Part shown: piece after piece, positions 30,379 to 39,655 of the stretch | Layout: each line of letters begins with the position of its first letter | How positions within the stretch are numbered: position 1 is the first letter of the stretch | From: Candidatus Poribacteria bacterium | GTDB taxonomy: Bacteria; Poribacteria; WGA-4E; WGA-3G | Assembly (NCBI GenBank): GCA_965197475.1 | Contig: CBDANF010000002.1 | Location: 608,001 to 672,000 of the forward strand | Reading direction: 5' to 3' | DNA length: 64,000 bases | Made by a program: the position numbers and the translations under genes | Notes under the pieces: model-generated | What the model saw: only the letters and a program-made list of their open reading frames with translations | Database searches by the model: none | What the model was told of the DNA's origin: nothing

Positions 30379-31515
30379 GCAATAAGTCGTTTTGGACTTG
30401 GAAGTTTTTATTTTTCAGATTTCTCACGTTATACTTTCGGTGAGAAGCTTCTCAAAGATGTTGGTTTCTCGGTAGTTATATTTATAGCCTGCCTCTGCGA
30501 GATACAGGGGCGTGTATCTTGTTGAGTAGTGGTGTTGTTGTCCATACCATGCCCTCTTGACGAAAGACCAAAAGCCTTCCATCGTATTGGTATGGATGTC
30601 GCCAGCCTCCCATTTCTCACTACGGTTAAGTGTCTCATGTTTCATTTCCTTACCGATTTCGTTGTAGCTTCTATACTGATCGGTAATGAGTTCAGAATCT
30701 TCGGTATTGACGAATCTGTTGATGAAGTCGGAGATCGTCTCACCAGTGGCGTTGGATACGAGTTGTGCGATGGCGTGTCCACCACGTGCGACTGCGCCCA
30801 GCACGGCATCTTTAGCGGTGCCGCGTCCGCGTTTACGGGGTTCACCATCCTCCCGGTCATAGTCTTTGCGACGCTTACCACCGATATAGGTTTCATCTGC
30901 TTCAATGACCCCTTGTAGTAGGACATTATCCTTTCCCATCTCTGTGCGTATAGCCATCATTAGACACCAAGCAGCTTTCTGTTTCATCCCTAAATCGCGC
31001 GCAAGTTGATGGGAGGACAAACTTTTCTTTGCGTTTGCCATGAGAGCGATAGCGAGAAACCACTTTTGGAGCGGTATCTTCGTGCCGTGAAATATTGTGC
31101 CGTGTGTCACCTTGAATGTAGCACGGCAATCGTGGCAGTTCCAGCGTCCGACACGCCCAACCTCGTGTTCGTTCCGCCTTCGGACGTTTAGACTTGGACA
31201 ATGCGGGCATTCTGGCGATTCTTTCCATCGGAGCCGCTCCAGATATTCGATGCAATCCTCTTGCGTTGAGAACGTCTTCATCACCTTGATTAAATCCATC
31301 AGAAAACACTCCTGTTTTTTGGAGTTGCATTTTTCTGATAGTTTCTGATACAATATCAGATAAGTGTGAACCAGAAAAGCAACTCGCTTTTTTGAGTTTC
31401 AAATAGGGGGTTGATACCCCCTATTTTCTTACTGATATTATACTATGAAAACCCTTTATTTACAAGGGTTTAGCGCACTTTTCCAACTTTTGTCAAGTCC
31501 AAAACGACTTATTCC
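30379..31515 (-). mobile_element. IS1595-family insertion sequence lacking a target duplication
   Basis: TIR GCAATAAGTCGTTTTGGACTTG / CAAGTCCAAAACGACTTATTCC; flanks AATATAAC and GTAAAGAA do not match. Confidence 0.88.
30424..31353 (-). CDS. IS1595-family transposase (real start probably MDLIK near 31299)
   Basis: CPHC...WNCHDC, IEADETYIGG, LITDQYRSY, HTNTMEGFWS. Confidence 0.92.
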   Translation of the reverse strand: MYQKLSEKCNSKKQECFLMDLIKVMKTFSTQEDCIEYLERLRWKESPECPHCPSLNVRRRNEHEVGRVGRWNCHDCRATFKVTHGTIFHGTKIPLQKWFLAIALMANAKKSLSSHQLARDLGMKQKAAWCLMMAIRTEMGKDNVLLQGVIEADETYIGGKRRKDYDREDGEPRKRGRGTAKDAVLGAVARGGHAIAQLVSNATGETISDFINRFVNTEDSELITDQYRSYNEIGKEMKHETLNRSEKWEAGDIHTNTMEGFWSFVKRAWYGQQHHYSTRYTPLYLAEAGYKYNYRETNIFEKLLTESIT

Positions 31516-31523
31516 GTAAAGAA

Positions 31524-32654
31524 ATGGTTATAGCAGGAACAATGTACGAAATACGAGATAGCGAAAAAGTTGTAACTGAGGCAGCATACAAAAGAAGGTA
31601 TGACGCGCTTGTCGGCGATATGTACCCAGAGGACGCTGTCGCCTTCCTTGAAATATATCAAATTTATAACCCACTCATTTTAGCCGAACTGAAACCTCGC
31701 CGCGCCATTGACTATCTCTATAAAGTGAGGGCGCGTCAGAAAAACAGAGAAACCTACGCAAAAAGTGTCCTTGCCAGAGACCCAGGCAATCCGAATGCCC
31801 AAATGGTGCTGCTGAGTGCAGAACCGAATAACGCGACAGCGGCTGCGGGATACCGAGATATCGTCAACAGAGAACCTGAGAACATCGGTGCACTCAACGC
31901 ATTAGGATATCGTTTACATTACGACCATCCAGAGGAGGCAATTGGATACCTAAAGAAAGCAAACGGTCTTGACTCCACACTTGGGTATTTTAGTTTAGGA
32001 TTGGCGTCCGAACGGCTCGGTGATGTCAAAACCGCATGGCTCTACTACAGAAAGCAGCAAACGATAAAGAACGGTGATCTCGTTGAAATACACAAACGGG
32101 CGATTGAAATGGGCAACCCGTTGTATAAGCCAATTTCGCAAACATCTTCCTCGATACCAGAATCCGATGCAACACCATTAGATATCGGGACATCACCACA
32201 CGAAGAAACGTTCACTCCGGTGGCAGAAGAAACCCCTTGGTTACCGGAACTCTCACCCCAGGAACGCCACCCATCGGAAAATCAACTGACAGACAAGGAT
32301 AGCCAAAAAGTCGCACGCGCCGAAACCGCACGCGCCGAATTTCAACAACAACAAGCTGCCGCACAACAGGAACTTGACGAATTCCTTAAATGGGCGGAAA
32401 GCATCATGAACGCGGAGGAGCCTACTGATTTCGATGACTTCCTTTCAAAGGAGTTCGCGGCACACCTCAACGGCGGCGATGCCCTATTTGAACCGGAACG
32501 TACTATCCGCGCTTATGAAATGATTGAACGATACGGTCCTAAAGAGGGCTTACAACGGCTTAAAGAAAAGGACCCTAAACTTGCGGAACAGATGGAACGT
32601 CTTATTGAAGCAAAACAACCATCTCGCCATAATAAGTCGCAAAACAGAAAATGA
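31524..32654 (+). CDS. TPR protein with conserved helical C-domain, probably 5'-truncated by the IS
   Basis: TPR motifs ALNALGYRL, LGLASERLGD; C-domain homologous to 1579..2874; no TM anchor or RBS; starts 8 bp from the IS end. Confidence 0.7.
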   Translation: MVIAGTMYEIRDSEKVVTEAAYKRRYDALVGDMYPEDAVAFLEIYQIYNPLILAELKPRRAIDYLYKVRARQKNRETYAKSVLARDPGNPNAQMVLLSAEPNNATAAAGYRDIVNREPENIGALNALGYRLHYDHPEEAIGYLKKANGLDSTLGYFSLGLASERLGDVKTAWLYYRKQQTIKNGDLVEIHKRAIEMGNPLYKPISQTSSSIPESDATPLDIGTSPHEETFTPVAEETPWLPELSPQERHPSENQLTDKDSQKVARAETARAEFQQQQAAAQQELDEFLKWAESIMNAEEPTDFDDFLSKEFAAHLNGGDALFEPERTIRAYEMIERYGPKEGLQRLKEKDPKLAEQMERLIEAKQPSRHNKSQNRK

Positions 32655-32712
32655 AGAATGTCCCAGTGTTTTAGATTTAACCATAAATCCATCATAGAAA
32701 AAGGAGAATCAA

Positions 32713-34335
32713 ATGAAATTCACTTATGTTTTAATCGGCACCTTGTGCCTCCTATGCCTCTTTATTCCTGGAAACATAGGTCTCGTAGCACAACAAACAA
32801 CGAGCATTCAGATTGAACAACCATATCTTGATCCAAATTGGCGACCAACAGCTTACTCTTACCTGACTATTGACATAGTCGTTACCGTACCCACCGGTTT
32901 CTCCAGCGGTACGCTGGTCGCAGAACTCCAGAATGTGACAGAATACGATGGTGATTCTGGGAATACGACGTGTACAGGCCCTGGCAAACAAGATCTAACG
33001 CTACCTAAAAATACGGATTATAATGCGGGGTGGGTGAAGGATGGGAGCACACTCACGTACACCCTTAGCACTTCTGAGAGCGAGCAGACAATATCCCTTA
33101 GCATTTTCTGTACGGATTACGCCGCTTATGGCGAATTAGTATTGACTGCATCCGGCTACACATCCAACACTGTCACCCTAAAGATACCCAGAGATGAGAA
33201 CGGCAATAAAATTGCTGATGGCTGGCGAAACGATGCAACCGTGAACTATGGGCGAGATGACGATAATGATAGTGGGCCCAATTCTAAAACTGGCGATAGC
33301 ATCACTGTCCTCAACGAATATCGTGGTCTCTACGTCAACGGCACCTGGACAGATACCGACCCCGATGGCTGGGATGTCTTCGTTCGTTCCGATGTCGGCA
33401 TCGGCTATGCCAATTATTTACCTATGACTGTCTATGAAATGTCATCAACGGAGGTATGTTGGGATACCGGGCGTGTCTACCCCTTTGAAATCGCAAGAGA
33501 GAGTGGTGAAACATGGAGACATGTTTACGCCATTAGAGTTGCCGAAGACACTGCGACAGAGGACGACGATGGTGATCCCATTACATTGTTGGGTATTATG
33601 ACCTACGGACCTCCCGAAAGCGGCACAACGGGGACCATCTACACCACGAACATAACGAACGCGACAACTACATTAGGGGTGACAGATGTTTCAGGTTATA
33701 CAGATACTATCATTGCACATGAAATCGGGCACGGTGTTAATCTCGACCACTGTCCGGATTATAACCATCTGTACTGTTATATGTGGGGTTGGCCTGATGC
33801 TGTAACTCACTTTGAAAATGGATTTGACGGCCACCACGGTCAAGATTATGATTTAGTATACAACGGGGATGAACACCGTAACAGACTAAGATCTTTTGGT
33901 CCGTATCCATCTCGAGCATATAGTTCTGATAGAGGAATGTATTTACGATGTCGTGAAGATATTGATGGGGACGGTGTTGTTGATCTTTTAGACCTACTCC
34001 GGGTTGTGACAAGTGTTAGCAGCGAGATCGGATATTATGTTTCAGATGTTAACCGCGACAATGTCGTTGATATTTCAGATATGAAGCTTGTGGCAGCGGC
34101 ATTTGGGATTACGGCGTCCATATCCACAGACCTGTCTCCAGATATTAATGGGGACGGTGTTGTTGATGATGTTGACCTTGCTCTGGTTGACGCGAACATG
34201 GGTGAGAGGGGTGCAAATGATGCAGATGTTAACGGTGACTGTATTGTGAATGAAATAGATTACAACTATGTAGGTGCGTTACGCGGGCATCCTTATTGGA
34301 CACGCGGGAATACGGTTCCGTCCCCAGAAGAATAA
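32713..34335 (+). CDS. Secreted metzincin-like metalloprotease with two C-terminal dockerin-like modules
   Basis: Signal peptide; AHEIGHGVNLDHC-x7-CYM; four DxNxDxxVx..D loops (EDIDGDGVVD, DVNRDNVVD, DINGDGVVD, DVNGDCIVN). Confidence 0.8.
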   Translation: MKFTYVLIGTLCLLCLFIPGNIGLVAQQTTSIQIEQPYLDPNWRPTAYSYLTIDIVVTVPTGFSSGTLVAELQNVTEYDGDSGNTTCTGPGKQDLTLPKNTDYNAGWVKDGSTLTYTLSTSESEQTISLSIFCTDYAAYGELVLTASGYTSNTVTLKIPRDENGNKIADGWRNDATVNYGRDDDNDSGPNSKTGDSITVLNEYRGLYVNGTWTDTDPDGWDVFVRSDVGIGYANYLPMTVYEMSSTEVCWDTGRVYPFEIARESGETWRHVYAIRVAEDTATEDDDGDPITLLGIMTYGPPESGTTGTIYTTNITNATTTLGVTDVSGYTDTIIAHEIGHGVNLDHCPDYNHLYCYMWGWPDAVTHFENGFDGHHGQDYDLVYNGDEHRNRLRSFGPYPSRAYSSDRGMYLRCREDIDGDGVVDLLDLLRVVTSVSSEIGYYVSDVNRDNVVDISDMKLVAAAFGITASISTDLSPDINGDGVVDDVDLALVDANMGERGANDADVNGDCIVNEIDYNYVGALRGHPYWTRGNTVPSPEE

Positions 34336-34537
34336 CATGCTTGATACTACTCAAAAGGTAAGCGCGGTTTCCTAACCGCTCCATGTCATCATATACGAGG
34401 ATCGTACGCTATGCTCCATCCAGATCACAGAACACGTGTCCCGTTCTTTGGATAAGTTCGGTGCGGTTAGGAAACCGCACCTACCGTGCACGGTGAACAT
34501 TTTGTACTTTCTTCTAAGCAAAAGGAGAAACTAGACA

Positions 34538-35764
34538 ATGAAAATCAAGTCATTTTTAATTTTAACTGTTTTATTTGTGAGACTCACATTTATCTCAAGC
34601 ACCTTTGCCCAAAATCTACCGCTTTGGCCGCTCCCGGAAGAAGCGAAAATACGCATTGAAATCATTGGAAGAGACGAAGGTTGGGGTAAGGGTTGGGTAA
34701 AGGATATAGCCTATTCTCCGGATAGCACAGTTCTGGCGATAGCAACTCCTGTTGGAACTTTACTCTATGACGCGCAGACAGGTAAGAAATTTGACCTGCT
34801 CACAGAGAATCCGCCTGATGTAACAAGCGTGGCGTTCAGTCCGGATGGCAAAACAATTGTAAGTAGTACTTTTTCGGGTACCATCCATCTGTGGGATGTA
34901 AACATAGGCGCACGTCTTCACACAATCAAAGCACATGAGACAGTTTTAAATAGCGTAGCGTTTAGTCCGGATGGCAGAATAATCGCAAGTGGAGGAGGAC
35001 TTTTTAACCCTACTATTCGTCTATGGGATGTTAACACAGGCGCACTTCTCCGCACAATCATAGAACCGGGTGAGATCTTAGGTAATATAATAAGCGTGGT
35101 TTTCAGTCCGGATGGAAAAACTATCGCAGGCAGTACTGTACGTAGCATCTATCTTTGGGATGCCGACACAGGAACACTCCTCCACACACTGACAGGGCAT
35201 CTGCTTCGGATCAATAGCGTGGCGTTTAGTCCGGATGGAAAAACTATCGCAAGCGGAAGTGGGGATAACACCATCCGGCTGTGGGATGTGGACACAGGAA
35301 CATCCCTCTACACGATCCTACTTAGAGGTTTTACTACCAACCATTACGGTTTCTCCAGCGTGGCGTTCAGTCCGGATGGAAAAACTATCGCAAGTACCAA
35401 TGCGGGTTTTAACCGCAATGTTCGTTTATGGGATGCAAACACAGGTAGCCTTATTCACATCTTCAATGAAGGACAGATTGGAGGACATGGTTATTGGCCC
35501 TATAGTGTTGCGTTTAGTCCGGATGGCAAGACACTCGCAAGTGGAGATAGTCTCGGTATCGTTATTTTGTGGGATGTTCTATCTATTCTACTACCCGAAG
35601 ATGTCAATAAGGACGGTGTTGTCAATATTATGGATTTAGTTGTTGTCGCGAATGCTTTTGGTGAAGCAGAACCGGATCTCAACGACGATGGAGTTGTTGA
35701 TATACTGGACTTGCTCATTGTGGCATCGGCACTTGGGAGTACGGTTCTCGCCCCTGAAGAATAG
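34538..35764 (+). CDS. Secreted WD40 protein (7 repeats) with dockerin
   Basis: 7 x (V/I)xFSPDG...LWD; DVNKDGVVNIMDL and DLNDDGVVDILDL. Confidence 0.9.
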   Translation: MKIKSFLILTVLFVRLTFISSTFAQNLPLWPLPEEAKIRIEIIGRDEGWGKGWVKDIAYSPDSTVLAIATPVGTLLYDAQTGKKFDLLTENPPDVTSVAFSPDGKTIVSSTFSGTIHLWDVNIGARLHTIKAHETVLNSVAFSPDGRIIASGGGLFNPTIRLWDVNTGALLRTIIEPGEILGNIISVVFSPDGKTIAGSTVRSIYLWDADTGTLLHTLTGHLLRINSVAFSPDGKTIASGSGDNTIRLWDVDTGTSLYTILLRGFTTNHYGFSSVAFSPDGKTIASTNAGFNRNVRLWDANTGSLIHIFNEGQIGGHGYWPYSVAFSPDGKTLASGDSLGIVILWDVLSILLPEDVNKDGVVNIMDLVVVANAFGEAEPDLNDDGVVDILDLLIVASALGSTVLAPEE

Positions 35765-35980
35765 TTGTGCGTTCTATCGCCATGTTTACAACAGTAGTAA
35801 TTGTAGGTTAGGTAGAGTTTGCAAAACTTATAAGTGCCAATTTTGCGCGTCAGTTTGTCGGGAAACTGCATCTACCGGTCAAAAGGTATTTAGCGCGTAA
35901 CTCTTTTCCTAAATTGACATTTATAGGTTTCATACCTTTCAAACCAATCTACACTGATAAACAAAAGGAGGAACTGGATA

Positions 35981-37195
35981 ATGAAGTTCAAATTATTTAC
36001 GATTCTTACGATCTTGTATGCGATACTTGCCTTTGCACCAAAAATACTTGCCCAAGATGCACTACCATGGCAATGGCAGCATATTCATAAACTGAAAGCC
36101 ACGAAAAAACTTATTGATATCTTTGGTAAAGACGGTACAGGTTGGGTAAGTGACATAGAGTTTTCTCCGGATGGCTCACTTTTAGTGGTGGCGAGTTCGA
36201 TTGGAATGCGTCTCTACGATGTACAGACTGGCGAGAGACTTGATCTGTTCACAGAACATACGGATTGGGTGAATAGCGTAGCGTTCAGTCCGGATGGAAA
36301 AATGATCGCAAGTGGAAATTTGGATGGAACTATTTATTTGTGGGATGTGGATACAGGCACACGCCTCCGCACAATCGCAGCACATGCAGCAAATGTATTT
36401 AGCGTGGCATTCAGTCCGGATGGGAAGTCTATTGTAAGTGGAGGGGCAGGTCTTGACTATACTATTCGTCTGTGGGATGTGGACACAGGAGCACACCTCC
36501 GCCCAATCACGGATACGCCTACGGGCTCAAGCGTGGTGTTCAGTCCGGATGGAAAAACTATCGCAAGTGGCGGTTATACAGGTAGTATCCATATTTGGGA
36601 TGTGAATACTGGACAACAATTCCTTCACATCCCCAAAGCACACTACCTGAATGTCACAGGCTTAGAGTTCAGTCCGGATGGAAAAACAATTGCAAGTGGC
36701 AGTTTCTACATTCATTTATGGGATGTGAGTACAGGAACACACCTTCATAGAATTGAAAATGGAAATCGGCATGTGTACTACACTATAGACCCTCGTATTA
36801 CTACCTACGGTGTAGCGTTCAGTCCGGATGGAAAAATGATCGCAAGTGGTAGTGTGGACGGTATGATCCGTCTGTGGAATGCAAACACAGGAGCACTTCT
36901 CAGCGAACTCATGAGTTATTCAGGACACGTCAATACCGTGACGTTTAGTCCGGATGGCAAGACACTTGCCAGTGGAGGTAGGGACGGTCCGGTGGTCTTA
37001 TGGGATGTTCTATCTATTCTACTACCCGAAGATGTCAATAAGGACGGTGTTGTCAATATTATGGATTTAGTTGTTGTCGCGAATGCTTTTGGGGAAACGA
37101 AACCGGATCTTAACGGCGATGGAGTTGCTGATATACTGGACTTGCTCATTGTGGCATCAGCATTTGGGAATACGGTTTCTGCCACTGAAGAATAG
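35981..37195 (+). CDS. Secreted WD40 protein (7 repeats) with dockerin
   Basis: 7 SPDG repeats; dockerin near-identical to the previous gene. Confidence 0.9.
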   Translation: MKFKLFTILTILYAILAFAPKILAQDALPWQWQHIHKLKATKKLIDIFGKDGTGWVSDIEFSPDGSLLVVASSIGMRLYDVQTGERLDLFTEHTDWVNSVAFSPDGKMIASGNLDGTIYLWDVDTGTRLRTIAAHAANVFSVAFSPDGKSIVSGGAGLDYTIRLWDVDTGAHLRPITDTPTGSSVVFSPDGKTIASGGYTGSIHIWDVNTGQQFLHIPKAHYLNVTGLEFSPDGKTIASGSFYIHLWDVSTGTHLHRIENGNRHVYYTIDPRITTYGVAFSPDGKMIASGSVDGMIRLWNANTGALLSELMSYSGHVNTVTFSPDGKTLASGGRDGPVVLWDVLSILLPEDVNKDGVVNIMDLVVVANAFGETKPDLNGDGVADILDLLIVASAFGNTVSATEE

Positions 37196-37349
37196 CACGC
37201 TTAATGCCACATAAACGGTAGGAGCGATTTTCAAATCATGACACATTCCGTAGGAGCGATCTCCGAATCGTGACCGGTCGGGAATCGGAATTCCCTCCTA
37301 CCTTTGTCCTGGGTTTGTAATGATTTCCATAAAAAGGAGATATTGGACA

Positions 37350-39473
37350 ATGAAGACTAAATTCCTTTTGATTTTAACCATTTTGTTTGCGGCACTTACA
37401 TTTACTCCGAACATTTTTCCGCAAGATTCACCGCAATGGCAGCTACCCGAAGGTGCGAAAATGCGCCTCGGTAAAGGACAGATACATGAGATAGCATACT
37501 CTCCAGATGGCACGCGTTTTGCGGTAGGAAGTTCTATCGGAACTTGGCTCTACGATGCGGAAACTGGTGAGGAACTTGACCTACTCACGGTGCATACGGT
37601 TGCTGTCAGAAGCGTGGCGTTCAGTCCGGATGGAAAAAAAATCGCAAGTGGCAATCAGGACAACAAAATCCGCCTATGGGATGTGAACACAAGGCAACTT
37701 CTCCACACACTTATAGGGCATACGAAAGGTGTTATTAGTATAGCGTTCAGCCCGGATGGGAAAAAAATCGCAAGTAGCAGTTGGGACGATACAATCCGTC
37801 TGTGGAATACCGACACAGGCACACCCCTTCACACACTCACAGGGCATATAGGTGTTGCAGGGCATATAGGTGCGGTCCATAGCATAGCGTTCAGCCCGGA
37901 TGGCAAAACACTCGCAAGTGGCAGCACGGACAAAACCATCCGTCTGTGGGATGTTAATACGGGACAACTTCTTCACACACTCATAGAGCATACGAATTAT
38001 GTTGTTAGTGTAGCGTTCAGCCCGGATGGGAAAACACTCGCAAGTGGCAGCACGGACAGAACCATCCGTCTGTGGGATACCGATACAGGCACACTTCTCC
38101 GCACAATCACAATCACAGAGCGTATATGGGGGATTTCACACGTCGTATTTAGTCCGGATGGCAAGACAATCGCAGGTGGCATCACGGACAAAACCATCCG
38201 TCTGTGGGATGTTGATACGGGACAACTTCTCCACACACTCATAGGGCATACGAAAAGTGTTATTAGTGTAGCGTTCAGCCCGGATGGCAAAACACTCACA
38301 AGTAGAAGTGCGGACAGAACCATCCGTCTGTGGGATACCGATACAGGAGAACCCCTCCGCACACTCACTTTGCCTTTGCATTTGTTTTTTGCCTCTACTA
38401 ACGCTGTGTTCAGTCCGGATGGGAAAACACTCGCAAGTGGCATCACGGACAAAACCATCCATCTGTGGGATGCCGACACAGGACAACTTCTCCGTACGCT
38501 CACAGGACATACGTTTTCGGTCCGCAGCATAGCGTTCAGTCCGGATGGAAAAAAACTCGTAAGTGGCGGTGAGCGCATTATCCGTCTGTGGGATATCGAC
38601 ACAGGCACACCCCTCCGCACACTCACAGGACACGCGTTTTCGGTCCGTAGCGTAGCATTCAGTCCAGATGGAAAAAAAATCGCAAGTGGCAGTACGGACA
38701 GAACCATCCGTCTGTGGGATGCGGACACAGGCACACCCCTCCGCACGCTCATAGGACATACGAATATTATCAATAGTGTAGTGTTCAGCCCGGATGGCAA
38801 GACAATCGCAAGTGGCAGTGATGATGGCACTATTCGTTTGTGGGATGCCGACACAGGCACACTTCTCCACACAATCACAGTGGAAAACCGTTTTATTAAT
38901 AGTATCGCGTTCAGTCCAGATGGGAAAAAGATCGTAAGTAACGGTCGTATCCGCACTATCCATCTGTGGGATGCCGACACAGGCACATCCCTTCAAACAA
39001 TCATACTGTCTCGAGTTCACACAGTTGGTTCGATCAATATCAAGAGTATCGCATTTAGCCCGGATGGCAGGACAATCGCAAGTGGTACTGGTTTCAATTA
39101 TGGCGGTAGACAGGGAGACAACACTATTCATCTATGGGATGCCGATACTGGAGAACATTTACGCACCTTCACAAGGCATGCATATCCTGTGGAGCACGTA
39201 ACGTTTAGTCCGGATGGAAGCACGCTCGCAAGTGTAAGTGGGGATGGTACGGTGCTCCTGTGGGATATTGCACCTTCACAACTGTCCGAAGATATTAATG
39301 GGGACGGTGTTGTGAATATTCAAGATTTAGTTGCTGTCGCGAATGCTTTTGGGGAAGCAGAACCGGATCTCAACGACGATGGTGTTGTTAATATTCAGGA
39401 CTTGGTGATTGTAGCATCAGCATTTGGGAATACGGCTACCGCCCCTAAAGACTCTGAAAACTCTGAAGAATAG
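37350..39473 (+). CDS. Secreted WD40 protein (14 repeats) with dockerin
   Basis: ATG 37350 after AAGGAG; LPEGAKMRLGKG cap; 14 SPDG repeats; DINGDGVVNIQDL. Confidence 0.92.
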   Translation: MKTKFLLILTILFAALTFTPNIFPQDSPQWQLPEGAKMRLGKGQIHEIAYSPDGTRFAVGSSIGTWLYDAETGEELDLLTVHTVAVRSVAFSPDGKKIASGNQDNKIRLWDVNTRQLLHTLIGHTKGVISIAFSPDGKKIASSSWDDTIRLWNTDTGTPLHTLTGHIGVAGHIGAVHSIAFSPDGKTLASGSTDKTIRLWDVNTGQLLHTLIEHTNYVVSVAFSPDGKTLASGSTDRTIRLWDTDTGTLLRTITITERIWGISHVVFSPDGKTIAGGITDKTIRLWDVDTGQLLHTLIGHTKSVISVAFSPDGKTLTSRSADRTIRLWDTDTGEPLRTLTLPLHLFFASTNAVFSPDGKTLASGITDKTIHLWDADTGQLLRTLTGHTFSVRSIAFSPDGKKLVSGGERIIRLWDIDTGTPLRTLTGHAFSVRSVAFSPDGKKIASGSTDRTIRLWDADTGTPLRTLIGHTNIINSVVFSPDGKTIASGSDDGTIRLWDADTGTLLHTITVENRFINSIAFSPDGKKIVSNGRIRTIHLWDADTGTSLQTIILSRVHTVGSINIKSIAFSPDGRTIASGTGFNYGGRQGDNTIHLWDADTGEHLRTFTRHAYPVEHVTFSPDGSTLASVSGDGTVLLWDIAPSQLSEDINGDGVVNIQDLVAVANAFGEAEPDLNDDGVVNIQDLVIVASAFGNTATAPKDSENSEE

Positions 39474-39655
39474 CACGTTTGATTTACCCGAATGGTAGGA
39501 CGGTTTTCCGCTAAATGCCAGATGCACATTTGGCGTTGATTCATTGTTCCGTATCGTTCGCTAAGCCTTTCGTTGCACGAGAGCGGATGGAAAACGCGGA
39601 GCGTGCCTGCTACCATGTTCAAATCAATCTGCAAGGAAGTATAAGGAGACACACA

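Noticed and set aside
37997-39131. Long minus-strand ORFs (329 and 331 aa)
   Set aside because: Antisense shadows of the repetitive WD40 gene.
37600-39270. Diversity-generating retroelement TR/VR pair
   Set aside because: No reverse transcriptase in the window, differences between repeats are not adenine-specific, and the repeats are in-frame WD40 units.
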